A stretch of 44,956 bases of DNA, taken from positions 1 to 44,956 of the forward strand of contig CBFGYQ010000001.1 in assembly GCA_965652995.1 (NCBI GenBank), given 5' to 3'. The DNA is from an uncultured bacterium (GTDB lineage: Bacteria > Bacteroidota > Bacteroidia > Chitinophagales > Chitinophagaceae). Position numbers and translations under genes: made by a program. Below, piece by piece: positions 9,476-17,354 of this stretch. The notes under the pieces are model-generated. The model had not been told where the DNA came from. It worked only from the letters and a program-made list of their open reading frames with translations, and did no database searches. Numbering within the stretch: the first letter of the stretch is position 1; the number at the start of each line of letters is the position of its first letter.

Positions 9476-10396
9476 ATGCAAAAGTTTAAAGCTGTTTTAG
9501 ACATTATCGGCATCAATCCATTTGTTTTTGTCCCTGAAAAAATTTTAAAAACGCTTTTTGCAAAAGCAGGAAAAGAAACCGCACCTATCCGTATAAAAGG
9601 TACAGTAAACGAGAAATCGTACAAACAATCATTAGTACGCTATGCGGGTCAATGGAGATTGTATATCAACTTGCAAATGCTCGACAACTCTCCAAAAAGG
9701 ATAGGTGAAACTATTCGTGTAACGATCGAATACGATCCGGAAGAACGTACTATTCCTTTTCATCCTAAATTAAAGGCAGCTTTAAACAACAATAAAAAGG
9801 CAAAACAAGTTTTTGATGAATTAAGTCCATCTCGCAGAGCAGAGGTCAATAAATACATCAGCTTTTTAAAAACAGATGAGAGCATTGATCGAAATATAAA
9901 ACGAGCGATAGGGTATCTGTTGGGAGAAAATACATTCGTAGGAAATTATAAGATAGAGAATTCAGGAAAGGCGAATAAACTATCTCTCCGACTTGCATCT
10001 ATTGTAGCGAATTTGCCTTTACGTAATGGAATTCGTGTACTGGAGATTGGTTGTGGAAGCGGTTTAACTGCAAAAGCAATAGCACAAAAAATTGGCAAGG
10101 GACATGTAACGGCAATCGATCGTTCTGCAAAAGCAATAGCACAAACTCAGAAAAATTGTAGCGAAGAAATAACAACCGGATCAATTAATGTGAAGAAGGT
10201 AGCAATAGAAGATTTTGCTTTAGGAAAAGGGGAGAAAAAATTTGATCTGATATTTGCTGTTCGTGTCGGTACTCTTGATGGTAGACACCCAGAAATGGAA
10301 AAACAAGCTTTAAGTGCAATCAAAAAAGCATTAAAACCTAACGGTCAGTTTTTTATAGATGGAGGAGATCCACTCAAAGAAATTGTATTGAAATAA
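9476..10396 (+). CDS. Fusion protein: DUF1905 / YdeI (OmpD-associated)-like N-terminal part + class I SAM-dependent methyltransferase C-terminal part
   Basis: N-terminal region ...PIRIKGTVNEKSYKQSLVRYAGQWRLYINLQM... followed by ...KLKAALNNNKKAKQVFDELSPSRRAEVNKYISFLKTDESIDRNIKRAI (YdeI-like). C-terminal SAM motif I VLEIGCGSGLTAKAIAQKIG and ...LKPNGQFFIDG. Confidence 0.65.
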   Translation: MQKFKAVLDIIGINPFVFVPEKILKTLFAKAGKETAPIRIKGTVNEKSYKQSLVRYAGQWRLYINLQMLDNSPKRIGETIRVTIEYDPEERTIPFHPKLKAALNNNKKAKQVFDELSPSRRAEVNKYISFLKTDESIDRNIKRAIGYLLGENTFVGNYKIENSGKANKLSLRLASIVANLPLRNGIRVLEIGCGSGLTAKAIAQKIGKGHVTAIDRSAKAIAQTQKNCSEEITTGSINVKKVAIEDFALGKGEKKFDLIFAVRVGTLDGRHPEMEKQALSAIKKALKPNGQFFIDGGDPLKEIVLK

Positions 10397-10399
10397 ATA

Positions 10400-10786
10400 T
10401 TATTTTTCTAGCCTTAGCTCCTTTATTATACAGTCTTTGCCACCTTTCACTACCATGTACAAACGATAATCTCCTTTAGAAGTTGTAAGCTTCCCAATGG
10501 CGTAATTGCAACTGTTATTATTTCCGCTGCGCTCAATGCTTACATTTGTTACATCCTTATTTTTAAGAAAATCATTTAGTATCATTTCGGCCTGAGCACT
10601 GCTGTAAGTGCCTTGTCCACCCGCAACGCTGAGCGATAGATTTTTATCGAAATGCGTAGCTACAGCAGCGGCATTTCCGGTTCCTAATTTCTTTCCTATT
10701 TCATCAATACAATTGCCGGCAAAGGAGAATATCGATTGAAAAAGAAGGAAACTGAATAGAATAATATGTTTTATGGTGCGGTTCAT
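10400..10786 (-). CDS. DUF4783-like small secreted protein
   Basis: Signal peptide MNRTIKHIILFSFLLFQSIFSFAGN from the ATG at 10786 (track ORF starts at TTG 10816). The body GTGNAAAVATHFDKNLSLSV...GTYSSAQAEMILNDFLKNK...NYAIGKLTTSKGDYRLYMVVK...IIKELRLEK matches my recollection of the DUF4783 pattern. Confidence 0.65.
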   Translation of the reverse strand: MNRTIKHIILFSFLLFQSIFSFAGNCIDEIGKKLGTGNAAAVATHFDKNLSLSVAGGQGTYSSAQAEMILNDFLKNKDVTNVSIERSGNNNSCNYAIGKLTTSKGDYRLYMVVKGGKDCIIKELRLEK

Positions 10787-10862
10787 GATAATATTCACAC
10801 GGGTTCTCGCCAACAAGATAATGATTATCTAAAATAATGCCATTTATTGCTTGTGACTGGTT

Positions 10863-10870
10863 TAATTTTG
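10863..10870 (+). promoter_or_regulatory. -7 box TAATTTTG placed 4 nt before the gpmI ATG (implies a leaderless or near-leaderless mRNA)
   Basis: The sequence is TAATTTTGcgccATG. It matches TAnnTTTG exactly and resembles the other boxes in the window, which are followed by GC(G/A)C. Confidence 0.4.
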
Positions 10871-10874
10871 CGCC

Positions 10875-12398
10875 ATGTCAAAAAAAGTAATGCTCATCAT
10901 TATGGATGGGTGGGGACATGGACAAGTTCCTTCTTCAGACGCAATTGCTAACGCGAACGTCCCTTTTGTAAAATCATTATACGACAAATACCCTTATACA
11001 GAATTGGTAACCTGTGGTGAGGCAGTTGGTTTGCCGGATGGACAAATGGGAAACTCTGAAGTGGGACACTTAAATATTGGTGCAGGAAGAATTGTCTATC
11101 AAGAATTGCAGCGCATCAATGTAGCTGTGAGAGACGGAGAATTGGAACAAAACAATGTGTTACATGCACTTTTTGACGTAGCAAAAGTGAATAATAAAAC
11201 AGTACATTTTATCGGATTGGTAAGTGATGGTGGAGTGCATTCTCATATCAATCATCTAAAAGCCCTCTGCTCTCTTGCACAAAAGAATAACGTTCCTAAA
11301 GTAGCTGTACATGCATTTACCGATGGACGTGATACAGACCCTAAGAGTGGATTGGGATTTATTGAAGAATTAAATGAACATCTAACAACAACAGGTGGTA
11401 AGTTAGCTACGGTTTGTGGTCGTTATTATGCTATGGATAGAGACAAACGCTGGGAGCGAGTGAAAATAGCTTATGATGCACTTACAAAAGGAATTGGAGT
11501 TCATACAACAGATGCTCTCGAAGCTATAGAGAATTCATATGCAGAGGAAGTGACAGATGAATTTATACAACCGATCATCATGTGTGAAGAGAATGGCAAT
11601 CCTGTTGCGCTAATTGAAGAAGATGATATTGTGATATGCTTTAATTTTCGCACAGATCGCTGTCGCGAAATAACGATTGCGCTTACACAACAGGCCTTTC
11701 CTGAGCAGGAAATGTATCCATTGAATCTTAATTACGCAACCATGACGGAATATGATGCTACTTATAAAAATGTAGGTGTGTTCTTTCATAATGATAATCT
11801 GACACATACACTAGGCGAAGTGATAGAAGCTAATGGACTCAAGCAAATACGCATTGCTGAAACCGAAAAATATCCACACGTTACGTTCTTTTTTAGCGGT
11901 GGAAGAGAGGCAGAATTTGTTGGCGAAAAACGTATCATGATGCCTTCTCCAAAGACAGTACCCACTTACGATCTAAAACCTGAAATGAGTGCTTATGATT
12001 TGAAGAATGCAATACTTCCTGAAATTAAAAATCAAACAGCAGATTTTATTTGTCTCAACTTTGCAAATGCTGATATGGTTGGGCATACCGGTGTTTGGGA
12101 AGCTGTGATAAAAGCTGTAGAAACAGTAGATGAATGTGTAAGTGAGATAGTGCCACTTGCTCTGGAGAATGGCTACACGATATTTTTAACTGCAGATCAT
12201 GGCAATGCAGATTATATGATAAATGCGGATGGCTCGCCCAATACAGCTCATACGCTCAATCCGGTTCCATTATTCATTATTTCTAATGACTTTACAGGAA
12301 CAATTCAATCCGGTAAACTCGGAGATATTGCACCCACGATTTTGAAAATCATGGAATTGGAAAAACCTGCAGAAATGAGTGGTGATGTGTTAGTGTAG
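10875..12398 (+). CDS. gpmI: 2,3-bisphosphoglycerate-independent phosphoglycerate mutase
   Basis: 507 aa. Contains LIIMDGWGHG, GQMGNSEVGHLNIGAGRIVYQ, GLVSDGGVHSH, HAFTDGRDT, NFANADMVGHTG and LTADHGNA, the iPGM signature blocks. Confidence 0.95.
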   Translation: MSKKVMLIIMDGWGHGQVPSSDAIANANVPFVKSLYDKYPYTELVTCGEAVGLPDGQMGNSEVGHLNIGAGRIVYQELQRINVAVRDGELEQNNVLHALFDVAKVNNKTVHFIGLVSDGGVHSHINHLKALCSLAQKNNVPKVAVHAFTDGRDTDPKSGLGFIEELNEHLTTTGGKLATVCGRYYAMDRDKRWERVKIAYDALTKGIGVHTTDALEAIENSYAEEVTDEFIQPIIMCEENGNPVALIEEDDIVICFNFRTDRCREITIALTQQAFPEQEMYPLNLNYATMTEYDATYKNVGVFFHNDNLTHTLGEVIEANGLKQIRIAETEKYPHVTFFFSGGREAEFVGEKRIMMPSPKTVPTYDLKPEMSAYDLKNAILPEIKNQTADFICLNFANADMVGHTGVWEAVIKAVETVDECVSEIVPLALENGYTIFLTADHGNADYMINADGSPNTAHTLNPVPLFIISNDFTGTIQSGKLGDIAPTILKIMELEKPAEMSGDVLV

Positions 12399-12415
12399 CC
12401 TGCCAGACAATATTT

Positions 12416-12469
12416 TCACGTCATTTCTCGCTTCGTTATGCAAAGTTCTAAATGACGTGAGTATTTTTT
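12416..12469 (+). terminator. Rho-independent terminator candidate after gpmI
   Basis: Perfect 11-bp inverted repeat tcacgtcattt (12416-12426) / aaatgacgtga (12450-12460) with a 23-nt loop, followed by gtaTTTTTT. Lies in the convergent gap between gpmI and the PTPS/QueD gene. Confidence 0.55.
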
Positions 12470-12478
12470 CCCGAATTT

Positions 12479-12889
12479 CTATCCATAATACTCCACATAG
12501 ATCTTTGGAGTCTCATAGAGTTTTACGCAATGTAGTATTGCTTTGTTTTTTTCAACATGTGGTTGTAGTTCATTCCAAATGCCAATAGCAAAGTTTTCTG
12601 CACTAGTAAATTTATCTTTCATGAAGTCTACATCCACATTGAGGTTTTTATGATCCGCTTTCTCCACGATCACATCTTTAATGATGTCGCCCAATGTTTT
12701 TGCATTGAAAACGAAACCTGTTTCTAAATTAGGCTCACCTTTCACGGTCACATGCAGTTCGTAATTATGACCGTGCCAGTTAGCATTGGCACACTTTCCA
12801 AATACTTCTACGTTCTTTTCATCACTCCAATCTTTATTGAAAAGACGATGTGCTGCGTTAAAATGTTCTACACGGGTTAAATAAACCAT
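12479..12889 (-). CDS. 6-pyruvoyl-tetrahydropterin synthase family protein / 6-carboxytetrahydropterin synthase (QueD-type)
   Basis: 136 aa. VEHFNAAHRL...FGKCANANWHGHNYELHVTVKGEP...TGFV...DHKNLNVDV...LYETPKIYVEYYG aligns by eye with PTPS (C-x5-HGH zinc/catalytic motif). Confidence 0.85.
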   Translation of the reverse strand: MVYLTRVEHFNAAHRLFNKDWSDEKNVEVFGKCANANWHGHNYELHVTVKGEPNLETGFVFNAKTLGDIIKDVIVEKADHKNLNVDVDFMKDKFTSAENFAIGIWNELQPHVEKNKAILHCVKLYETPKIYVEYYG

Positions 12890-12906
12890 CTTGATTATTT
12901 ATTTTG

Positions 12907-12914
12907 CAAAAGTA
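12907..12914 (-). promoter_or_regulatory. -7 box TACTTTTG (minus strand) upstream of the PTPS/QueD-family gene
   Basis: The reverse complement of caaaagta matches TAnnTTTG, with 17 nt between the box and the ATG at 12889. Confidence 0.4.
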
Positions 12915-12946
12915 GTATCGCACAGCGGTTTCACAAAAATCTATCC

Positions 12947-13618
12947 ATGCACTTACTTCTCACAGCTGCCACTCATTTAGAAATTGCGCCCTTCATTCAT
13001 CATTTACAAAGCAATTACAAACAACTGGGAAGCGACATCTTTTTCAATGACAATCATAGAATTCAGCTCTTGATTACCGGTGTAGGAATGGTTGCTACCA
13101 CATATTCTTTGACAAAAGTATTAAGTGAGAAAACGTTTGATCTGGTTATACAAGCAGGTATTGCAGGTAGTTATGATAGAAGTTTGTTGTTGGGAAATGT
13201 TTATGCAGTAAAAACAGAAATTTTTGGTGATATGGGTGCAGAAGATCATTATAATTTTCTGGATTTTTTTGAGCTGGGATTAGAAGAAGAAAACAATTTC
13301 CCTTTTTCTGAAAAAATACTTACAAATTCTACGGAAGAGTTTTCTTTTATAATAGATACTCCTTGGGTTTCAGGTATTTCGGTAAACAGCGTTACTGGAA
13401 GTGATGTGACTGCAAGTTTGCGAGAAAAAAAATACAATTGCCAAATAGAAACTATGGAAGGTGCAGCTTTTCATTACGTATGCCTTCAACAACAAACAGC
13501 TTTTTTACAAGTGCGTAGTATTTCCAACTATGTAGAAGCACGTGATAAAAGTAAATGGAAAATGAAAGAAGCTGTTGAAAATTTGAATAAGTGGTTGCTG
13601 TCGGTTGTTGCTGATTAA
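12947..13618 (+). CDS. mqnB: Futalosine hydrolase (alternative menaquinone pathway)
   Basis: 223 aa PNP/UDP-phosphorylase-fold protein. MHLLLTAATHLEIAPF..., LITGVGMVATTYSL, VIQAGIAGSYD and ETMEGAAFHYVC fit the MqnB family. Confidence 0.75.
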   Translation: MHLLLTAATHLEIAPFIHHLQSNYKQLGSDIFFNDNHRIQLLITGVGMVATTYSLTKVLSEKTFDLVIQAGIAGSYDRSLLLGNVYAVKTEIFGDMGAEDHYNFLDFFELGLEEENNFPFSEKILTNSTEEFSFIIDTPWVSGISVNSVTGSDVTASLREKKYNCQIETMEGAAFHYVCLQQQTAFLQVRSISNYVEARDKSKWKMKEAVENLNKWLLSVVAD

Positions 13619-13626
13619 CTCATTTA

Positions 13627-14967
13627 TTATTGCAAAAGGATTTCAGTTGTAGTATTACTTCTCACGATTACTTTTACTGATTTTTCCATAGAAGATTGAA
13701 ATGCTGCATTCTCTTTATACCGGATCTCATAAGCTCCGGGTTTCAGCATCTTTTTTTGTAAAGCAGGATTTCCATTCACATCTATTGCATCAAACTTAGA
13801 AAACATGTCTCCATTCTGGTAATAAAGCGATGCGCGGCCTAAACTATTGGTATTTGTAATGCTCAAATAGCCCGGCTCATCTATCTGGATAATAAAATCT
13901 GTGGCAAAATCCAGATCAATATAAAAACGTGAAATAGGGTTTGTGTTTACTTCAATATGATAGCTGCCCGATTCGTAAAATTTTTCTTCTATACAAGGTT
14001 GGGTCATGACTGGTCCTGGCTCAAAATTCTTTTTTACCAATGCTGTAAATTCATCTATTGGTCGCTCAAAGTTGTCGGTATATCTAAAGCTCAATGTGCC
14101 GTTAGTTGCAATAACAGAAACTTTGTTGTTATTGTTAGCGAGTATCGTCACATTTTTCGCTCTGAAATTTCCCTTTTTACCAACAAGAACCGTATAGGTA
14201 CCCGGAGGTATATTTTGTGGGTCAGGGTTGCCATCAGGACCAACTGTTCTGTAAAAACGTTTTATTTCTTTATTGGTCTTGGAATCAAGCAATGCAACCG
14301 GTGGCGTAGTTTGATAGAATTTCCCTTTCCCATCTGTGAAAAAAACTTGAAGTGTAGTGTTTGTCGCAGGTTCTGTCTTTACACTAAAAGAAGCATCTTT
14401 GATCACTACTCTGTTAGGAGTTTTGGGCACAATAGGTTTTGCTGTGGCTGGTCTTACCGGTGCAGGTTTTGGTGTGTTTGCGGAAGCTATTATCGGTGTG
14501 GGTTCTTTTGGTGGTATTGTGATACGTTCTATGGGTCTTTTCTTTAATGATGGTGTAGACCAAAACAATCCAAAACTTCTAAGATTGGTATTTGTTTTTA
14601 GTTTAGCTATTTCTTCTTTTTTAAGTGCTACGATAGGTTCTTCTTCTCTTGCCGGTAATCCTATCTTCGCAATAGCTCTTTTGCGCATCGTAGGACGGAT
14701 GTCATTTTTTACCAGTAAACGATGCGTAGTGCGCGGTTTTAACTTTGCAATCTTTTCTTTTTTAATCGCAACAATTGGCTTTGGTGATATTGGTACTACT
14801 GGTGTGGGTTCTGCTTCTTTTGTTGGTAAGGGAATAGCAGGGATTGTACGTTCCGGTAATGCAGGTTTGGTTGTAGGTTCTTTTGCAATATCACGATTGT
14901 TATTTCTGGTGACAGGTTCTATGTTCTCTTTTTCTTTTACAGGAGTGACAACTATCGGGGGGGGCAT
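13627..14967 (-). CDS. Pro/Lys-rich linker + repeated beta-sandwich-like domains; probably the C-terminal part of the upstream VWA protein (frames differ by one C in a C8 tract)
   Basis: 446-aa ORF whose only ATG sits immediately 5' of the C8 tract. The first ~190 aa are low-complexity PxxPKP with an internal repeat (PIVAIKKEKIAKLKPRTT / PIVALKKEEIAKLKTNTN). The rest is beta-rich (GTYTVLVGKKGNFRAKNVTILANNNNKVSV..., PGAYEIRYKENAAF...). Confidence 0.6.
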   Translation of the reverse strand: MPPPIVVTPVKEKENIEPVTRNNNRDIAKEPTTKPALPERTIPAIPLPTKEAEPTPVVPISPKPIVAIKKEKIAKLKPRTTHRLLVKNDIRPTMRKRAIAKIGLPAREEEPIVALKKEEIAKLKTNTNLRSFGLFWSTPSLKKRPIERITIPPKEPTPIIASANTPKPAPVRPATAKPIVPKTPNRVVIKDASFSVKTEPATNTTLQVFFTDGKGKFYQTTPPVALLDSKTNKEIKRFYRTVGPDGNPDPQNIPPGTYTVLVGKKGNFRAKNVTILANNNNKVSVIATNGTLSFRYTDNFERPIDEFTALVKKNFEPGPVMTQPCIEEKFYESGSYHIEVNTNPISRFYIDLDFATDFIIQIDEPGYLSITNTNSLGRASLYYQNGDMFSKFDAIDVNGNPALQKKMLKPGAYEIRYKENAAFQSSMEKSVKVIVRSNTTTEILLQ

Positions 14968-15670
14968 TTTTTACCGCTGGCTCCACGGGTTTAGCTATAG
15001 GTATATTTAAAACACGTTTATAATCTTTGGCTATCTCACGAATGGTATTGTCCATCGTGTTAGGGGTGGATGCCAGCAAATAGTTGCCAAGACAGGCATA
15101 TTGGTCACGTAACGGTTGATAGTCAACAAGACTTATGATGTAAGGTTTGAATTCAATTCGCTTGTCTAATAAATTTTTCACCACATCGCATATATTTCCA
15201 TTACAGCTTTCACCACCGTCAGTTATTAATACCAGACTGTAAGCGTAATTGTAGGAATCATTGAAATCTGTTTCTGCTGCTTCCTTCAATGAATAGGCAA
15301 TTGGTGATACGCCGATGGGTTTCAATGATTCCAGGCGCAGTAGCATTTGTGTATAATTGTCCTTGCTAAAATTGACCTCTCTTTTGGTGTCAAAGCAATT
15401 CTTTTCCGGCACACTGTGCTGATGGCCATACACACGCAAAGCAAACTCTACATTAGGATTGAAATGATAAACGCTATCCATGAGCCTTGTCACAATAGAA
15501 CCTGCTGTCTGGAATCGTGTTTGGTTATTGTTCCATTTTTCGATCATGCTTGATGAACCATCCAAAAGAATAAGAATACGGTGTTGTTTATAGTCGTTTT
15601 TCTTTTGGCTAAATACTGTAGAACAAGTAACAACGAGCAATAAAGTGATAAAGGATTTCTTTAGCAACAT
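14900..15670 (-). CDS. Secreted von Willebrand factor type A (VWA) domain protein; ORF ends 18 codons after a C8 tract
   Basis: Signal peptide MLLKKSFITLLLVVTCSTVFSQ. VWA MIDAS-type start ILILLDGSSSM and ...LVLITDGGESCNG. The tail after the C8 tract (DSCHSCKRKREHRTCHQK) looks like out-of-frame read-through. Confidence 0.75.
   Translation of the reverse strand: MLLKKSFITLLLVVTCSTVFSQKKNDYKQHRILILLDGSSSMIEKWNNNQTRFQTAGSIVTRLMDSVYHFNPNVEFALRVYGHQHSVPEKNCFDTKREVNFSKDNYTQMLLRLESLKPIGVSPIAYSLKEAAETDFNDSYNYAYSLVLITDGGESCNGNICDVVKNLLDKRIEFKPYIISLVDYQPLRDQYACLGNYLLASTPNTMDNTIREIAKDYKRVLNIPIAKPVEPAVKNAPPDSCHSCKRKREHRTCHQK
14957..14964. repeat. G8/C8 homopolymer at the junction of the two overlapping minus-strand ORFs
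   Basis: The plus strand reads actatcGGGGGGGGcat. On the minus strand this is AAA AAT GCC CCC CCC GAT in the VWA frame, and A ATG CCC CCC CCG ATA in the downstream ORF frame. Confidence 0.95.
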
Positions 15671-15687
15671 GATTAAGTCAATCCACG

Positions 15688-15695
15688 CAAACCTA
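15688..15695 (-). promoter_or_regulatory. -7 box TAGGTTTG (minus strand) upstream of the VWA gene
   Basis: The reverse complement of caaaccta matches TAnnTTTG, with 17 nt between the box and the ATG at 15670. Confidence 0.4.
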
Positions 15696-15861
15696 CATTA
15701 AAACTCCCAACCATCATGAGATTTAGCATAGTTTGAAACTATTTACCGGCACTTTGTCCAGTTCATCTAACAAAACTCCCAGTTCATACAAACACATTTT
15801 AGAAATTCATTTATTTGAGTTAAAATTTGTAATTCAAAATCCATTAAAAAAATAAACGCTT

Positions 15862-16971
15862 ATGAAAAAATATTACACTAAAAACAAGCTCTCGCTTTTT
15901 GCTATAATCGTTGTTGGGGTCGCATCTATCCATTCTGCATCAGGTCCGGCAACCAATCTTGGACAAAATGTTACAGGTGCGCCTTTCGATAATGGTATTT
16001 GTACCAATTGTCATGGCGGTGGCTCTTTTTCTCCTTCTGTCTCTTTACAACTTCTTTCAGGAAGCACACCTGTTACGAGTTATGTACCCGGTGCGAGCTA
16101 TACAGTGCGAATTACGAGAAGTGCTTCAGGTAATCCTGCCGGTTTTGGATTTCAAATGACCTGTGCCACGGGCTCCGGAAATACTAATTACAACGGTTGG
16201 GGAAGTGCTTTGCCGGCAAACATTACCAATGAACCACTGGGAGGTAGGAATTACATAGAACACATTGCTATGCAACCTATTAGCACCACACAAGTAAACA
16301 TCCCTTGGACCGCCCCTACTGCAGCTACACTTGGCAATGCAAATTTTTGGATCGCGCTCAATACGGTTAATGGCAGCGGTGACCCTAGTGGAGACCATGT
16401 CACAAGCACAACAATGTCTATTCCAATAAGCCCTACACCGGTTACTTGGTTGTATTTCAGAGGAAAAGATGTAGCGGAAGGTGCTTTGCTGGAATGGGCT
16501 ACTGCTAGGGAAAAAAACAATAGTCATTTTACTATCGAAAAAAGTAACGATGGGAAAAATTTTGAGTCATTAGCAACAATTACCTCTAAAAAAATGGTTG
16601 GAAAAAATGAGTATTCATTCTTAGACAAAGATCCATTTGCGAATGGTTTTTATCGTATTGCTCAGGTTGATATAGACGGAACACCTAGCTACTATAATAC
16701 CATACAACTAGCGGTAGATAGTAAAAGGAAAACATCTTCGCATTTTGTAGAAGGAAACAAAATCATAATTCAACTACATCAAGAAAAAGAAATAATGACT
16801 GTAACCAACATTTACGACCTATCAGGAAGAAAAATAACTGGAAAAAATAGCTTGCTTGGAGATAGGGATAACACAATTACAATGGATAAACCGCAACATA
16901 GTGGGTTGTACATTCTAACTGTTCAATCAAACAATAAAATAATTTACACAGGAAAAGTCTTTGTGGATTAG
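15862..16971 (+). CDS. Secreted protein with N-terminal CXXCH-containing domain and T9SS C-terminal sorting domain
   Basis: Signal peptide MKKYYTKNKLSLFAIIVVGVASIHSA. CTNCH at codons 47-51 (nt 16000-16014). Central LEWATAREKNNSHFTIEKSNDGKNFESL... module common in Bacteroidota secreted proteins. C-terminus ...GLYILTVQSNNKIIYTGKVFVD is typical of the Por secretion tail. Confidence 0.7.
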   Translation: MKKYYTKNKLSLFAIIVVGVASIHSASGPATNLGQNVTGAPFDNGICTNCHGGGSFSPSVSLQLLSGSTPVTSYVPGASYTVRITRSASGNPAGFGFQMTCATGSGNTNYNGWGSALPANITNEPLGGRNYIEHIAMQPISTTQVNIPWTAPTAATLGNANFWIALNTVNGSGDPSGDHVTSTTMSIPISPTPVTWLYFRGKDVAEGALLEWATAREKNNSHFTIEKSNDGKNFESLATITSKKMVGKNEYSFLDKDPFANGFYRIAQVDIDGTPSYYNTIQLAVDSKRKTSSHFVEGNKIIIQLHQEKEIMTVTNIYDLSGRKITGKNSLLGDRDNTITMDKPQHSGLYILTVQSNNKIIYTGKVFVD

Positions 16972-16991
16972 GTAGGGGTGTGTATGCAAAT

Positions 16992-17018
16992 GGGGCAATT
17001 TATAATTGCTCCATTTTT
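16992..17018 (+). terminator. Hairpin + T-run after the T9SS cargo gene, overlapping the last codons of the convergent Hpt gene
   Basis: ggggcaatt (16992-17000) / aattgctcc (17004-17012) gives a 9-bp stem with one G-U pair and a 3-nt loop, followed by aTTTTTgc. Confidence 0.45.
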
Positions 17019-17350
17019 GCTTTTATAATGGGTTCAGCTTTATCGAAAATAGCAGTTATCTCCAGCATTAGTTCTCCGATCACTTCCCGTTCTTTTTTAG
17101 TTCGGGCATTTATTTCCATTTGTTGCAACCGCTCATGCAAACCTTCTACTTTTACTATCCCAAAACTTGATTTAAGAAAGTGCGCTTGCTTGTGGATTTT
17201 ATCAAAATTTGCTCTGCTACTCACCAATTGTTCCAATTCCTTCAAGCCTTTTGGTGTATTCTCCATAAAAATTGTAAGCACTTGCTGTACAAATTCAGCT
17301 TTGCCTTCAGCCATATCTTCGAGGTAGGAAAAATCAACTATGGAACTCAT
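17000..17350 (-). CDS. Stand-alone histidine phosphotransfer (Hpt) domain protein
   Basis: 116 aa, all-helical, with the phospho-accepting motif HKQAHFLKSSFGIVKVEGL (HxxKGS-type). Confidence 0.8.
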   Translation of the reverse strand: MSSIVDFSYLEDMAEGKAEFVQQVLTIFMENTPKGLKELEQLVSSRANFDKIHKQAHFLKSSFGIVKVEGLHERLQQMEINARTKKEREVIGELMLEITAIFDKAEPIIKAKMEQL

Positions 17351-17354
17351 AAAT

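Noticed and set aside
13957-15010. 196-aa, 63-aa and 217-aa plus-strand ORFs
   Set aside because: They are antisense to the Pro/Lys-rich coding region at 13627-14967. Repetitive CCN/AAR codons keep the opposite strand open. The translations (Gly/Phe/Val runs, Cys/Arg/Trp-rich) look like mirror artefacts.
16980-17327. 115-aa plus-strand ORF overlapping the Hpt gene
   Set aside because: The minus-strand frame carries a clear Hpt motif (HFLKSS) and a helical pattern. The plus-strand translation is Ser/Cys-rich with no motif.
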